Positions 54,213-64,000 of a stretch of DNA of 64,000 nt are shown here, in pieces; positions within the stretch are counted from its first letter, which is position 1, and each line of letters begins with the position of its first letter. Made by a program: the position numbers and the translations under genes. The notes under the pieces were generated by a model. It was not told the DNA's origin, searched no databases, and saw only the letters and a program-made list of their open reading frames with translations. The DNA is taken from positions 402 through 64,401 of the forward strand of contig JACCZW010000097.1 of NCBI GenBank assembly GCA_013695765.1, written 5' to 3'. This DNA is from Gammaproteobacteria bacterium (GTDB taxonomy: Bacteria; Pseudomonadota; Gammaproteobacteria; JACCYU01).

Positions 54213-55097
54213 CTATCCATATTTCGGCAGCGCATACGCAAGCGCCAGAGGCAAGGTCACCACCGTTGCCAGATTGCTGAGCATGACGATGGACGCGACC
54301 TTGGCGGGTTCCTGATGGTAGCGCTCAGCGAACAGAAAATTCAGCACCGCGGGCGGCAACGCGCCGAACACGAACAGCACGCCCGCCTGCGCTTTTGGCA
54401 GATCCAGAAAAACCAGCATCAGCGCGGCAATCAAAAGGCCGCTGACCGGGGCAAACACCGCGCCCAGCAGACCGATACGCCACTCGCCGAAGTCACCGTC
54501 GGTGAGCCGCACGCCCAGCGCGAACAGCATGAGCGGCACGGCGATCTGGCCCAGCATGTCGATCGGCAGCGCAATCGCTTTCGGTACATGCACTTGCGCC
54601 ATGCTGATCGTCAGCGCGACGATAGCGGTGACGACCACGGGCTGTTTCAACACCGTCAATGTGCGCGAGTGCTGATCGAGAATATAAGTGCCGAGCCCGA
54701 AGTGGGCCAGATTGCCGAGCAGAAAAAGAATCAGCGCCGCCGGCAGCCCGGCATCGCCGAAGGCCAGTATCAGCAGCGGCAGGCCCATGTTGCCGGCGTT
54801 GCGAAACATCATGGGCGGCGCGAACGTCTTGAACTGAATCGACGTTAACCGCGTCAGCAGCCAGGCGAGCAGGCCCGAACCGAGAATCACCGCTGCACCG
54901 CCCAGCGCCAACTGCGCGTGCGCCAGATTGAAAGACTGCGTCGACAGCGCCGAAAATACCAGCGCGGGTACGAACACATCAAGATTAATGCGGTTGGCGA
55001 CTTCCATCGCCGGCCGCCGATAATGCCCGTACACCACGCCCACCGCGACGATCAGGAAAATCGGCAGGACGATTTCCACGATGCGGGCCATGAGCAT
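54213..55097 (-). CDS. AEC (auxin efflux carrier) family transporter
   Basis: Multi-TM, N.GNMGLP and PPAVLNFLFAERY. Confidence 0.85.
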   Translation of the reverse strand: MLMARIVEIVLPIFLIVAVGVVYGHYRRPAMEVANRINLDVFVPALVFSALSTQSFNLAHAQLALGGAAVILGSGLLAWLLTRLTSIQFKTFAPPMMFRNAGNMGLPLLILAFGDAGLPAALILFLLGNLAHFGLGTYILDQHSRTLTVLKQPVVVTAIVALTISMAQVHVPKAIALPIDMLGQIAVPLMLFALGVRLTDGDFGEWRIGLLGAVFAPVSGLLIAALMLVFLDLPKAQAGVLFVFGALPPAVLNFLFAERYHQEPAKVASIVMLSNLATVVTLPLALAYALPKYG

Positions 55098-55099
55098 GG

Positions 55100-55210
55100 A
55101 AAATCCCCCTTGATCCCCCTTTGGAAAAGGGGGGAAGAATAACGATCGCGCTATGGCGATGAAGAAAGAATATCGCCCCCTTTTTCAAAGAGGGGGATGG
55201 GGGAGATTTT
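55100..55210. repeat. Inverted pair of REP-like palindromes (REPIN-like)
   Basis: AAATCCCCCTTGATCCCCCTTTGGAAAAGGGGG and CCCCCTTTTTCAAAGAGGGGGATGGGGGAGATTTT are imperfect inverted copies, each with an internal CCCCCTTT/AAAG(A)GGGG hairpin. Confidence 0.75.
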
Positions 55211-56770
55211 TTAGTGTCTGAAATGCCGCATACCCGTGAATACCATCGCCATGCCGTGCTCGTCCGCGGCTTTGATGATTTCCGCATCGCGCTGCGAGCC
55301 GCCAGGTTGGATGACAGCGGCAATACCGGCTAGATGCGCGGCGTCGATGCCGTCGCGGAACGGGAAAAAAGCATCGGACGCCATCACCGCGCCCGCCAGC
55401 GGCAAGCCCCCGTCGGCCGCCTTCAGCCCTGCGATGCGGGCCGAATAGACACGGCTCATCTGGCCGGCGCCGATGCCTAGAGTCTGTTGCTCGCGCGCGT
55501 AAACAATGGCGTTCGACTTGACGAATTTCGCTACCCGCCAGGCGAATAGCAGATCGTCGAGTTCGTGCCGTGCCGGCGCGCGTTTGCTGACCACCTTAAG
55601 GTCGGCCGCCGTGATCGCGCGGTTGTCCGCGGTCTGCATCAGCAGTCCGGAACCGATGCGTTTCATGTCATCCGCGTTGTAACCCTCGCCCGGCGGAATC
55701 TCCAGCACGCGCACGCCGACCTTGCTTTCCATGACCTTGCGCGCGTCGGCATCGACTTCCGGCGCCAGCAACACTTCGATAAACTGACGGTCGATGATTA
55801 TTTTGGCAGTGGCCGCATCAAGCTTTCGATTCAACGCGATGATGCCGCCAAAAGCCGACGTGGGATCGGTGCGATAGGCGCGCTCGTAAGCAGTGCTCAT
55901 ATCTTCCGCGACGGCGACGCCGCACGGGTTCGCATGCTTGACGATCACGCAGGCCGGCTGCGCGAACTGGCGCACGCATTCCCAAGCCGCGTCCGCGTCC
56001 GCGATATTGTTGTACGACAGTTCCTTGCCCTGCAACTGCCGGAACGTCGCGAGCGTGCCGGGCTTAAGATAAAGATCGCGATAAAACGCCGCCTGCTGGT
56101 GCGGGTTCTCGCCGTAGCGCAGGTCCATGATTTTTATGAAGCGGCCATTGGCCTGCGCGGGAAAAGACTGGCGCGCGCCGTGGCCATCCAGTGAAGATAG
56201 ATAATCGCTGATCGCGCCATCGTAAACCGACACATGATTGAACGCCGCCACGGCAAGGCGAAAGCGCGATGAGTCCGAGATCGCGCCGTCGCGTTCCAGC
56301 GCCAAAAGCGCGGTTGCATATTGCGCCGGGTCGGTCAGCACGGCGACGTGCGCGTGGTTCTTGGCGGCCGCGCGCAGCATCGCGGGCCCGCCGATGTCGA
56401 TGTTCTCGATCGCTTCAGCCAGCGTATGGTCAGCGCGCGCCACGGTCTGCTCGAACGGATAAAGGTTCACCACCAGCAGATCAATGGGCGGAATATTCAT
56501 GCTGGCCATAACCGCGTCATCCACGCCGCGCCTGCCGAGGATACCGCCGTGAATTCTGGGGTGCAGGGTCTTGACCCGGCCGTCCATGATCTCGGGAAAG
56601 CCGGTGTAAGCGGAGACCTCGATGACAGGAATGTCATGCTCGGACAACAGGCGCGCAGTACCGCCGGTGGACAGGATCTCGACACCGAGGTTATGCAGAC
56701 TTCGCGCGAATTCAACGATGCCGGACTTGTCGGAGACGCTGAGCAGCGCGCGTGCGGGTGACGATGTCAT
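55211..56770 (-). CDS. purH: Bifunctional AICAR formyltransferase / IMP cyclohydrolase
   Basis: [33 protein letters not shown] and RHFRH. Confidence 0.98.
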   Translation of the reverse strand: MTSSPARALLSVSDKSGIVEFARSLHNLGVEILSTGGTARLLSEHDIPVIEVSAYTGFPEIMDGRVKTLHPRIHGGILGRRGVDDAVMASMNIPPIDLLVVNLYPFEQTVARADHTLAEAIENIDIGGPAMLRAAAKNHAHVAVLTDPAQYATALLALERDGAISDSSRFRLAVAAFNHVSVYDGAISDYLSSLDGHGARQSFPAQANGRFIKIMDLRYGENPHQQAAFYRDLYLKPGTLATFRQLQGKELSYNNIADADAAWECVRQFAQPACVIVKHANPCGVAVAEDMSTAYERAYRTDPTSAFGGIIALNRKLDAATAKIIIDRQFIEVLLAPEVDADARKVMESKVGVRVLEIPPGEGYNADDMKRIGSGLLMQTADNRAITAADLKVVSKRAPARHELDDLLFAWRVAKFVKSNAIVYAREQQTLGIGAGQMSRVYSARIAGLKAADGGLPLAGAVMASDAFFPFRDGIDAAHLAGIAAVIQPGGSQRDAEIIKAADEHGMAMVFTGMRHFRH

Positions 56771-56880
56771 GGGCAGTATTCAAGCCAGTGTACAAAGACC
56801 AGAGCGCCGCCCGCGGCATTCCGCGGATCGATCCTGCGCGGGCAGGCGATAGCCGATTGGGATTGACGAACCGCCGGGCC

Positions 56881-57159
56881 CTACTCCAGTCCGTAATGCT
56901 TGAGCTTCTTGCGCAAGGTGCCACGATTGAGACCAAGACACTGCGCGGCCTGAGTCTGGTTGCCGTCGCAGCGTTCCATCAGGATTTCCAGCAGCGGCCG
57001 CTCGACTTCTTCGATCACCAAGCGATAAAGGCTTTCCGGCTGATGGCCATTGAGCTGATCGAAATAGAGCGACATGGCGATTTTGACCGCCGTGCACAAC
57101 GGTTTTTTGCGTCGCTCCTGATGGGGCAATACCGACGCCGAATGCTGAACCATTCGCAT
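56881..57159 (-). CDS. fis: Fis family DNA-binding protein
   Basis: YF.QLNG...LY.LV..EVE.PLL...GNQTQAA..LGLNRGTLRKKLK.YG; upstream of purH; start chosen from a GGAG RBS. Confidence 0.88.
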   Translation of the reverse strand: MRMVQHSASVLPHQERRKKPLCTAVKIAMSLYFDQLNGHQPESLYRLVIEEVERPLLEILMERCDGNQTQAAQCLGLNRGTLRKKLKHYGLE

Positions 57160-57514
57160 ACTTTGCTTATCTCCGGCCATCCTCAAGGCGGGAATCGCTA
57201 GGCGGCCCCGGTGTCCGATCAAGTGCTGAGACTGGAAACGAACTCGTTACCAGTGTTGACGGAATACCGGCGCGCCCGACTTGCCCGGGACGGCTCTTTA
57301 TAAATATTTGGATGCAAGTGCGCGATGACTTGCAGGATCGTTATCATGGCATCCGGCTCGGGTGCTGCCAACCCTTTCGAGCATTCTTTTTGCCGCAGAA
57401 ATTAACGACGGTAATCGATAATCGGAATGGCAAGTGGACCTGAAGGATCGGTCGCGTTCGTTCAAAAGCAGGTACCCACTAAAGCAGGATCGGCGCGAGC
57501 ACCATAAACGAACT

Positions 57515-58345
57515 CTAATAAAACGAGAACTCGAAGGCGACCGCGTCTTCACCAGGGTCGGGAATCTCCACGCGGATCTCGACGCGCCCAGCGCGCGGCA
57601 TGAGCGCGTCAGGGGTCATTTTAGCCGGCAGATAGTCCGCGGGTTCAAAACGATTTATCGCCACCACCGTGCCCTGCAGATTGGTAAGCATTATGCTCAT
57701 GCGCGGGTAGGGTTGCGCGAGCGGCGCTTGGTTGAGCAAGGTCGCGGTAACGCGCAGGGTATCGCGGCGTGAAGGCCGCGAGGCGACCTTGCGATCGACG
57801 ATGCGGATCTGCTCCGGCGCGCGGAATATCGGCGCTTCGCAGCCGACGTACCGGCATGCGCGAGTCATCCAGTCCGCGAGCAGAGGCGATCGCGCCAGGC
57901 GATCGCGCTCGAGGTAGGCGTAGCCGGCCAGCAGCAGAAGAACGATGGCGATGATCAATAGATAGCGTGCGGCGCGCCGCCTGCCGCGCGGTTGCGAGCC
58001 GTATAAAAACGGCGGCAAATCTGCCGCAAGCTGGTGATCTTCCGCGTCGTGCGGGCTCTCCGGCGTCACACTCCCGTCCGGACTGTCCGCGGCTGCTTGT
58101 GGGTGTGTCGCGGGCTCGACGGTATGGCGCGGGGATAACTTCTCCGGCGCGGTCGTGTCCTCAGGCGAGGAGCGGGGGGTTTGCGGCAACGCGGCGGCGG
58201 TGCTCGGCGGCCTTGAGTACATGATGTTTGCGTTGCCATCGAAGATAGCGTTGCATTGCCCGCAGCGCACCCTGCCGCCGGCGGCCGATAACTGATGGTG
58301 CGTCACGCGGAACACTGACTTGCAGGTCGAGCATTGCGTACGCAT
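57515..58345 (-). CDS. Zinc-ribbon (MJ0042-type) and DUF3426 domain membrane protein
   Basis: TQCSTC..VFRV...VRCGQC, a single TM, C..VGC and a periplasmic beta-rich domain; follows prmA. Confidence 0.85.
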   Translation of the reverse strand: MRTQCSTCKSVFRVTHHQLSAAGGRVRCGQCNAIFDGNANIMYSRPPSTAAALPQTPRSSPEDTTAPEKLSPRHTVEPATHPQAAADSPDGSVTPESPHDAEDHQLAADLPPFLYGSQPRGRRRAARYLLIIAIVLLLLAGYAYLERDRLARSPLLADWMTRACRYVGCEAPIFRAPEQIRIVDRKVASRPSRRDTLRVTATLLNQAPLAQPYPRMSIMLTNLQGTVVAINRFEPADYLPAKMTPDALMPRAGRVEIRVEIPDPGEDAVAFEFSFY

Positions 58346-59256
58346 CAGCGGTTTGCCGGACGCCTGTGGCCTGCCAGCAACGACCAGCCATCTTTTTCGT
58401 GTGCCGGGGAAAAAGTGAACCACGGCGCATAAACCGCGGCCACGGCGTCAGCCTGGTCGGTCAGCAGTCCGGACAGCACCACACACCCGCCGGGCATCAC
58501 GCACGTTGCGAAGGTTTGCGCCAGCACCATTAGCGGGCGCGCCACGATGTTGGCGAGCAGCAGATCGGCCGCAAGCATGGGTAATTCCGCAGGGTTCAAC
58601 GTCAGCAGCGCCCGTGTGCCGATGCCGTTGCGCGCCGCATTGTCGCGTGTGGCGACGAGCGCCTGAGGGTCGATGTCCACCGCGTATACGCGCCGCGCGC
58701 CGAGTTTCAGCGCCGCCAGCCCCAGGATTCCCGACCCGCAACCATAGTCGATCACCTCGCGGTCGCGGGGCGGATTCGCGTCCAGCCACTCAAGACAAAG
58801 CGCGGTGGTGGGATGATCCCCGGTGCCGAAGGCGAGGCCGGGATCGAGAAAAAGATCAAACAACAAAGTGTTCGGTTCGTTGCCATCATTGCCAATGCCG
58901 TTATTTTCGGGGCTGTCGCCACGGCGAACGCGCAGGCAACGTCCGAAACTTAAGGTCGCGCAATCCTGTTTCCACAATTGCGGCCAGTCGCGTTTCGCTA
59001 CGCGCTCGATTTCGAGTGGGGGCTGGCGGGCAAGCATACCGTTTAGCATTCGCTGCAACGGCTGGAAATCCATGTCGTCGTCAAACAAAGCGGTGACGAT
59101 AACGGTGGGCCACAATGGTGCTTCGCCCGGTAGCGGTTCCAATACCGGATCATCGGCGGCGTCACGCAAGGTCACCGAGCAGGCGCCATGATCCAGCAGC
59201 GCCTGCTCGGTTGAGAGCAGTTGCGCGCGATCTATGGTGACGGAGATTTGCAGCAT
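58345..59256 (-). CDS. prmA: Ribosomal protein L11 methyltransferase
   Basis: LDPGLAFGTGDHPTTALCL, DYGCGSGIL and DIDPQA; start uncertain. Confidence 0.92.
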   Translation of the reverse strand: MLQISVTIDRAQLLSTEQALLDHGACSVTLRDAADDPVLEPLPGEAPLWPTVIVTALFDDDMDFQPLQRMLNGMLARQPPLEIERVAKRDWPQLWKQDCATLSFGRCLRVRRGDSPENNGIGNDGNEPNTLLFDLFLDPGLAFGTGDHPTTALCLEWLDANPPRDREVIDYGCGSGILGLAALKLGARRVYAVDIDPQALVATRDNAARNGIGTRALLTLNPAELPMLAADLLLANIVARPLMVLAQTFATCVMPGGCVVLSGLLTDQADAVAAVYAPWFTFSPAHEKDGWSLLAGHRRPANR

Positions 59257-59342
59257 AAGTAACGCACGTGGGCGCGGTTTCTCGAGGCTTAGGCTCGCCC
59301 GGGGGCGCAATTGCGGGACGACCGTCGTGCGAGCAGGCGCGT

Positions 59343-60683
<1,341 letters not shown>

Positions 60684-60763
60684 GCAGGCTAAATCTGAAG
60701 AACTGGGTGTGTAGACATTTTAATAGACGACAGTCAGGCGATAACCCATTAGTAGATAACCCA

Positions 60764-61228
60764 TCATTCGATAACAAACAGGCTCTGGCCGAATTCCACC
60801 GGCTGGCCGTTTTCCGCCAGCACCGCGCTGATCGCACCGGCCTTGTCGGCCTCGATCTGATTCAGCATTTTCATCGCTTCGATAATGCAGAGCGTATCGC
60901 CAACCTCGACTTGCTGACCGATATCGACAAACGGTTTGGCGCCCGGTGACTGCGCGCGGTAAAAAGTACCAACCACGGGCGAGGTAACCTGGTGTCCGGA
61001 AATCGCCGGCTCGGCCGTTTCCGCGTCTGTGGATGAGGTCGCGGCGGAGCGCGTCTGAGCCTCGCCCATCGGGTACGGGGCGCCGCCCGAAATGTAAATT
61101 GGCGTGCCGGCGGGTTGCGGCCGCTCGCGGCTGACGCGTACCCACTCTTCGCCTTCCCTGATTTCGATTTCCGCAACGCCCGATTCGTTGAGCAGTTCGA
61201 TCAGCTTTCTGATTTTTCGGATATCCAT
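60764..61228 (-). CDS. accB: Acetyl-CoA carboxylase biotin carboxyl carrier protein
   Basis: [20 protein letters not shown] and EAMKM. Confidence 0.96.
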   Translation of the reverse strand: MDIRKIRKLIELLNESGVAEIEIREGEEWVRVSRERPQPAGTPIYISGGAPYPMGEAQTRSAATSSTDAETAEPAISGHQVTSPVVGTFYRAQSPGAKPFVDIGQQVEVGDTLCIIEAMKMLNQIEADKAGAISAVLAENGQPVEFGQSLFVIE

Positions 61229-61276
61229 GATGTTTCCAGGTCAGGCGTTGCGCGGAACCTTGCCAATTCTCATCCG

Positions 61277-61729
61277 CTAGCTCGATTCGATGGATTGCAA
61301 GGCGTCGGTCGCCGCCGCGAGCGCCAGTTCGTATCCTTTCGCGCCTAGCCCGGCGATTACACCGACGGCGATGTCGGAAAGATACGAATGGCGGCGAAAC
61401 GGCTCGCGGGCGTGGATGTTGGTGATGTGGACCTCGATGAACGGGACTTCCGCTGCCAGCAGTGCGTCGCGTAGCGCGATGCTTGTGTGCGTAAACGCGC
61501 CGGGATTGAAAATGATATATGCCGTGCCGTCATCACGCGCCAGGTGAATGCGCTCGATCAACTCATGTTCCGCGTTGCTTTGGAGCGCACTGAGCACATG
61601 TCCGGTGGATTGCGCCTGGCTGCGGAGCGTAGCGCCGATCGATTCTAGGGTGGCGGCGCCGTAACGCTCCGGCTCACGCGTACCCAGCAAATTCAAATTA
61701 GGCCCGTTGAGCAGCAGTATTTTTGCCAT
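61277..61729 (-). CDS. aroQ: Type II 3-dehydroquinate dehydratase
   Basis: [26 protein letters not shown] and EVHITN..ARE.FR. Confidence 0.96.
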   Translation of the reverse strand: MAKILLLNGPNLNLLGTREPERYGAATLESIGATLRSQAQSTGHVLSALQSNAEHELIERIHLARDDGTAYIIFNPGAFTHTSIALRDALLAAEVPFIEVHITNIHAREPFRRHSYLSDIAVGVIAGLGAKGYELALAAATDALQSIESS

Positions 61730-61945
61730 TTTTGGATGATGTTTGCCGATCGCCGGTGACGGAAGAATTGATGTTATACGAGCGCACCGGATTGTGCACG
61801 AGCCTTTCCGGCATGTCCAGATTGCAGCCGTTGGCCGCAACTTCGCGCCAGAACGCGCGCAGAACGAATCAATTAATAGTGGGAATGCGGATCGTCGGGG
61901 CGTGTGACGAGACCATGTTCGCGCGATCGAGACAGAGCAGGTCGT

Positions 61946-62503
61946 TCATAGCAGTTGCAATAACTCATCTATGAGCTCCCGCCTGCTCAGGCGCCCCGCC
62001 TTGATGAAGCGGATTATGCCGTCGCGATCGATCAGCACGCTATGCGGCAAGCCGCCGTAAGCGTTACCGTATCGATCCGCGACGGCCATGGCGTTTTCGC
62101 GGCCGATGAGTTGCGGGTAGCCCGCGCCCACCTCTTTTATAAATTCCGCGACCGGCCGCGGGCGATCCAGTGCCACGCCGATCACCTGGAATCCACGCGC
62201 GCGGTACTCTTTTTGCGTCTGCGCGAAATCGGGCATTTCCTCACGGCATGGCGGACACCAGGTGGCCCAGAAATTCAGCAATATGACCTTGCCGTCCCAG
62301 CGATTGATCGACACGGGCCAGCCGTCAAGATCAGGCAGGCTAAACGCCGGACGCGGCGCGCCCAGCAGATCCTGCGGCCCTTGTGACGATGTCGCGGGCT
62401 GCGGCGCACTTGACCATTGATAAATGGACAAACCCGCGAGTGCGGCGACCAGCGCCACCAGCAGGTAAGCGATTGAAATGCCGCGTGTCACCGGCGCACT
62501 CAT
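61946..62503 (-). CDS. TlpA/ResA family thiol-disulfide oxidoreductase
   Basis: N-terminal TM anchor, LLNFWATWCPPCREEMP; ATGA overlap with the upstream gene. Confidence 0.9.
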   Translation of the reverse strand: MSAPVTRGISIAYLLVALVAALAGLSIYQWSSAPQPATSSQGPQDLLGAPRPAFSLPDLDGWPVSINRWDGKVILLNFWATWCPPCREEMPDFAQTQKEYRARGFQVIGVALDRPRPVAEFIKEVGAGYPQLIGRENAMAVADRYGNAYGGLPHSVLIDRDGIIRFIKAGRLSRRELIDELLQLL

Positions 62504-63125
62504 CGGGCCGCTTCCGTTAACGCCGCGCGGCCAAGCCCGTGACGGGCGATGACGCGGCTTTGCGTCCATGGCGAGGTTCGCAGTGCCGCGTCTTCCTTCG
62601 GGGCAGCGGCAGGAAGGCGTAAGCGTACCTGTCTGTCGATCGGCGGGTAGCAGATGCCGGCCTCGGCGCAGCCTTGATAGCGGACATTCAATGTGATGGT
62701 CCGCGCGGCGGCGGTATCGCGCCGCAACGGCAATGTGATTTTCAGCAGATCCTGCGTGTAAATTTCGACCCTGCCGAAGTACTCGTCTTCTTCTATTTCG
62801 CCTGCGGGGAATTTCGCCATGCCTAGAGCCACGCCATTGTCCCGCAAGCTGAATCGCATTTTGTCGCGGTACAGGTAATAGCCCTGCGCAATCTGCCAGA
62901 TCACAAGCAGGCTGGACGCATCCTGGACCATGACGTTCAGTTTAAACGCCTCTTCCACCGGTAGAAACTCCGGCTGCCCGCCGCCGAACAGCTTGCCCAG
63001 CGCCTCAAACGGGTTTGCGCCGGCCGCAAGGTATGCGCGCTGCGCCGATGCTGGCTCATCCGGCGCGGAAAGGACAAGGCACAGCAGGATATAAAGCGGC
63101 GCCGTCCATTTCCGGCGTGCGTTGC

Positions 63126-63153
<28 letters not shown>
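62500..63153 (-). CDS. DsbD N-terminal (alpha) domain only
   Basis: EFLPVEEAF, WQIAQGYYLYRDK, EDEYFG and YQGCAEAGICYPP; ends without the TM or thioredoxin domains; start uncertain. Confidence 0.8.
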
Positions 63154-63720
<567 letters not shown>

Positions 63721-63738
63721 GCTTAAGAGTTCACTCGT

Positions 63739-64000
63739 TCAGGCCGTGGCGGATACCGCCACTTTATTGCGTTTGACCGCGCGGCTTTTGATTCGCTCGG
63801 TTAAGTACCCCGCGTCGCGCGCTATGCCGGAGAAGCGGCCTGAGCCCCAGGTGTAAGCCACGGCAGACCAAGAAAATATAACCCCGGCTCGCGGGTCACG
63901 CCGCGCACTTGGCCGGGATAGCCGCGGCCATCGAATACTGGGGCGTCGATGTAGCTGAAATCGATTTGGTATCCGATACACCAGAGCACCGACGTAATGC
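63739..64000 (-). pseudogene. 3' end of an MSMEG_0569-like flavin-dependent oxidoreductase with an apparent 1-nt frameshift; 5' part beyond the window
   Basis: ITSVLWCIGY..DFSYIDAPVFDGRGYP...RGVT..PGLYFLGLPWL / shift near 63856 / TWGSGRFSGIARDAGYL. Confidence 0.7.

Noticed and set aside
60740-60764. GATAACCCAT direct repeat between accB and accC
   Set aside because: Only two copies overlapping the accB stop; most likely a small local duplication.

Overview
High-GC chromosomal segment, almost certainly from a gammaproteobacterium (inferred from rhlB-trxA-rho, aroQ-accB-accC-prmA-DUF3426-fis-purH, glnE-ilvE and kdkA/waaA/tolC/pcm gene orders). The left ~9.4 kb is a co-directional C1-assimilation cluster on the minus strand: 5-formyl-THF cyclo-ligase, an orphan Ftr/FhcD formyltransferase, then the serine-cycle genes sga-mcl-mtkA-mtkB-hpr-ppc, with ppc running off the left edge. 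The middle holds ilvD, a PA2778/PA2779 pair, a Fur-boxed Fe(III) ABC transporter, glnE-ilvE, an LPS core cluster, tolC-pcm and a TPP riboswitch-thiC unit. At 41.5-44.1 kb is an orphan MotA/ExbB-like plus MotB-plug gene pair whose B subunit has a very long coiled coil and no OmpA domain. An AT-richer HEPN-motif orphan sits next to cca. The right end has housekeeping genes, an N-terminal-only DsbD, a decayed IS110 end resembling the IS621 donor and a frameshifted MSMEG_0569-like oxidoreductase. The two best candidates for an undescribed system are the Ftr + 5-FCL pair (possible direct H4MPT/methylofuran-to-folate formyl shunt feeding the serine cycle) and the orphan ion-motor pair. All calls come from motif recognition by eye; no searches were run.
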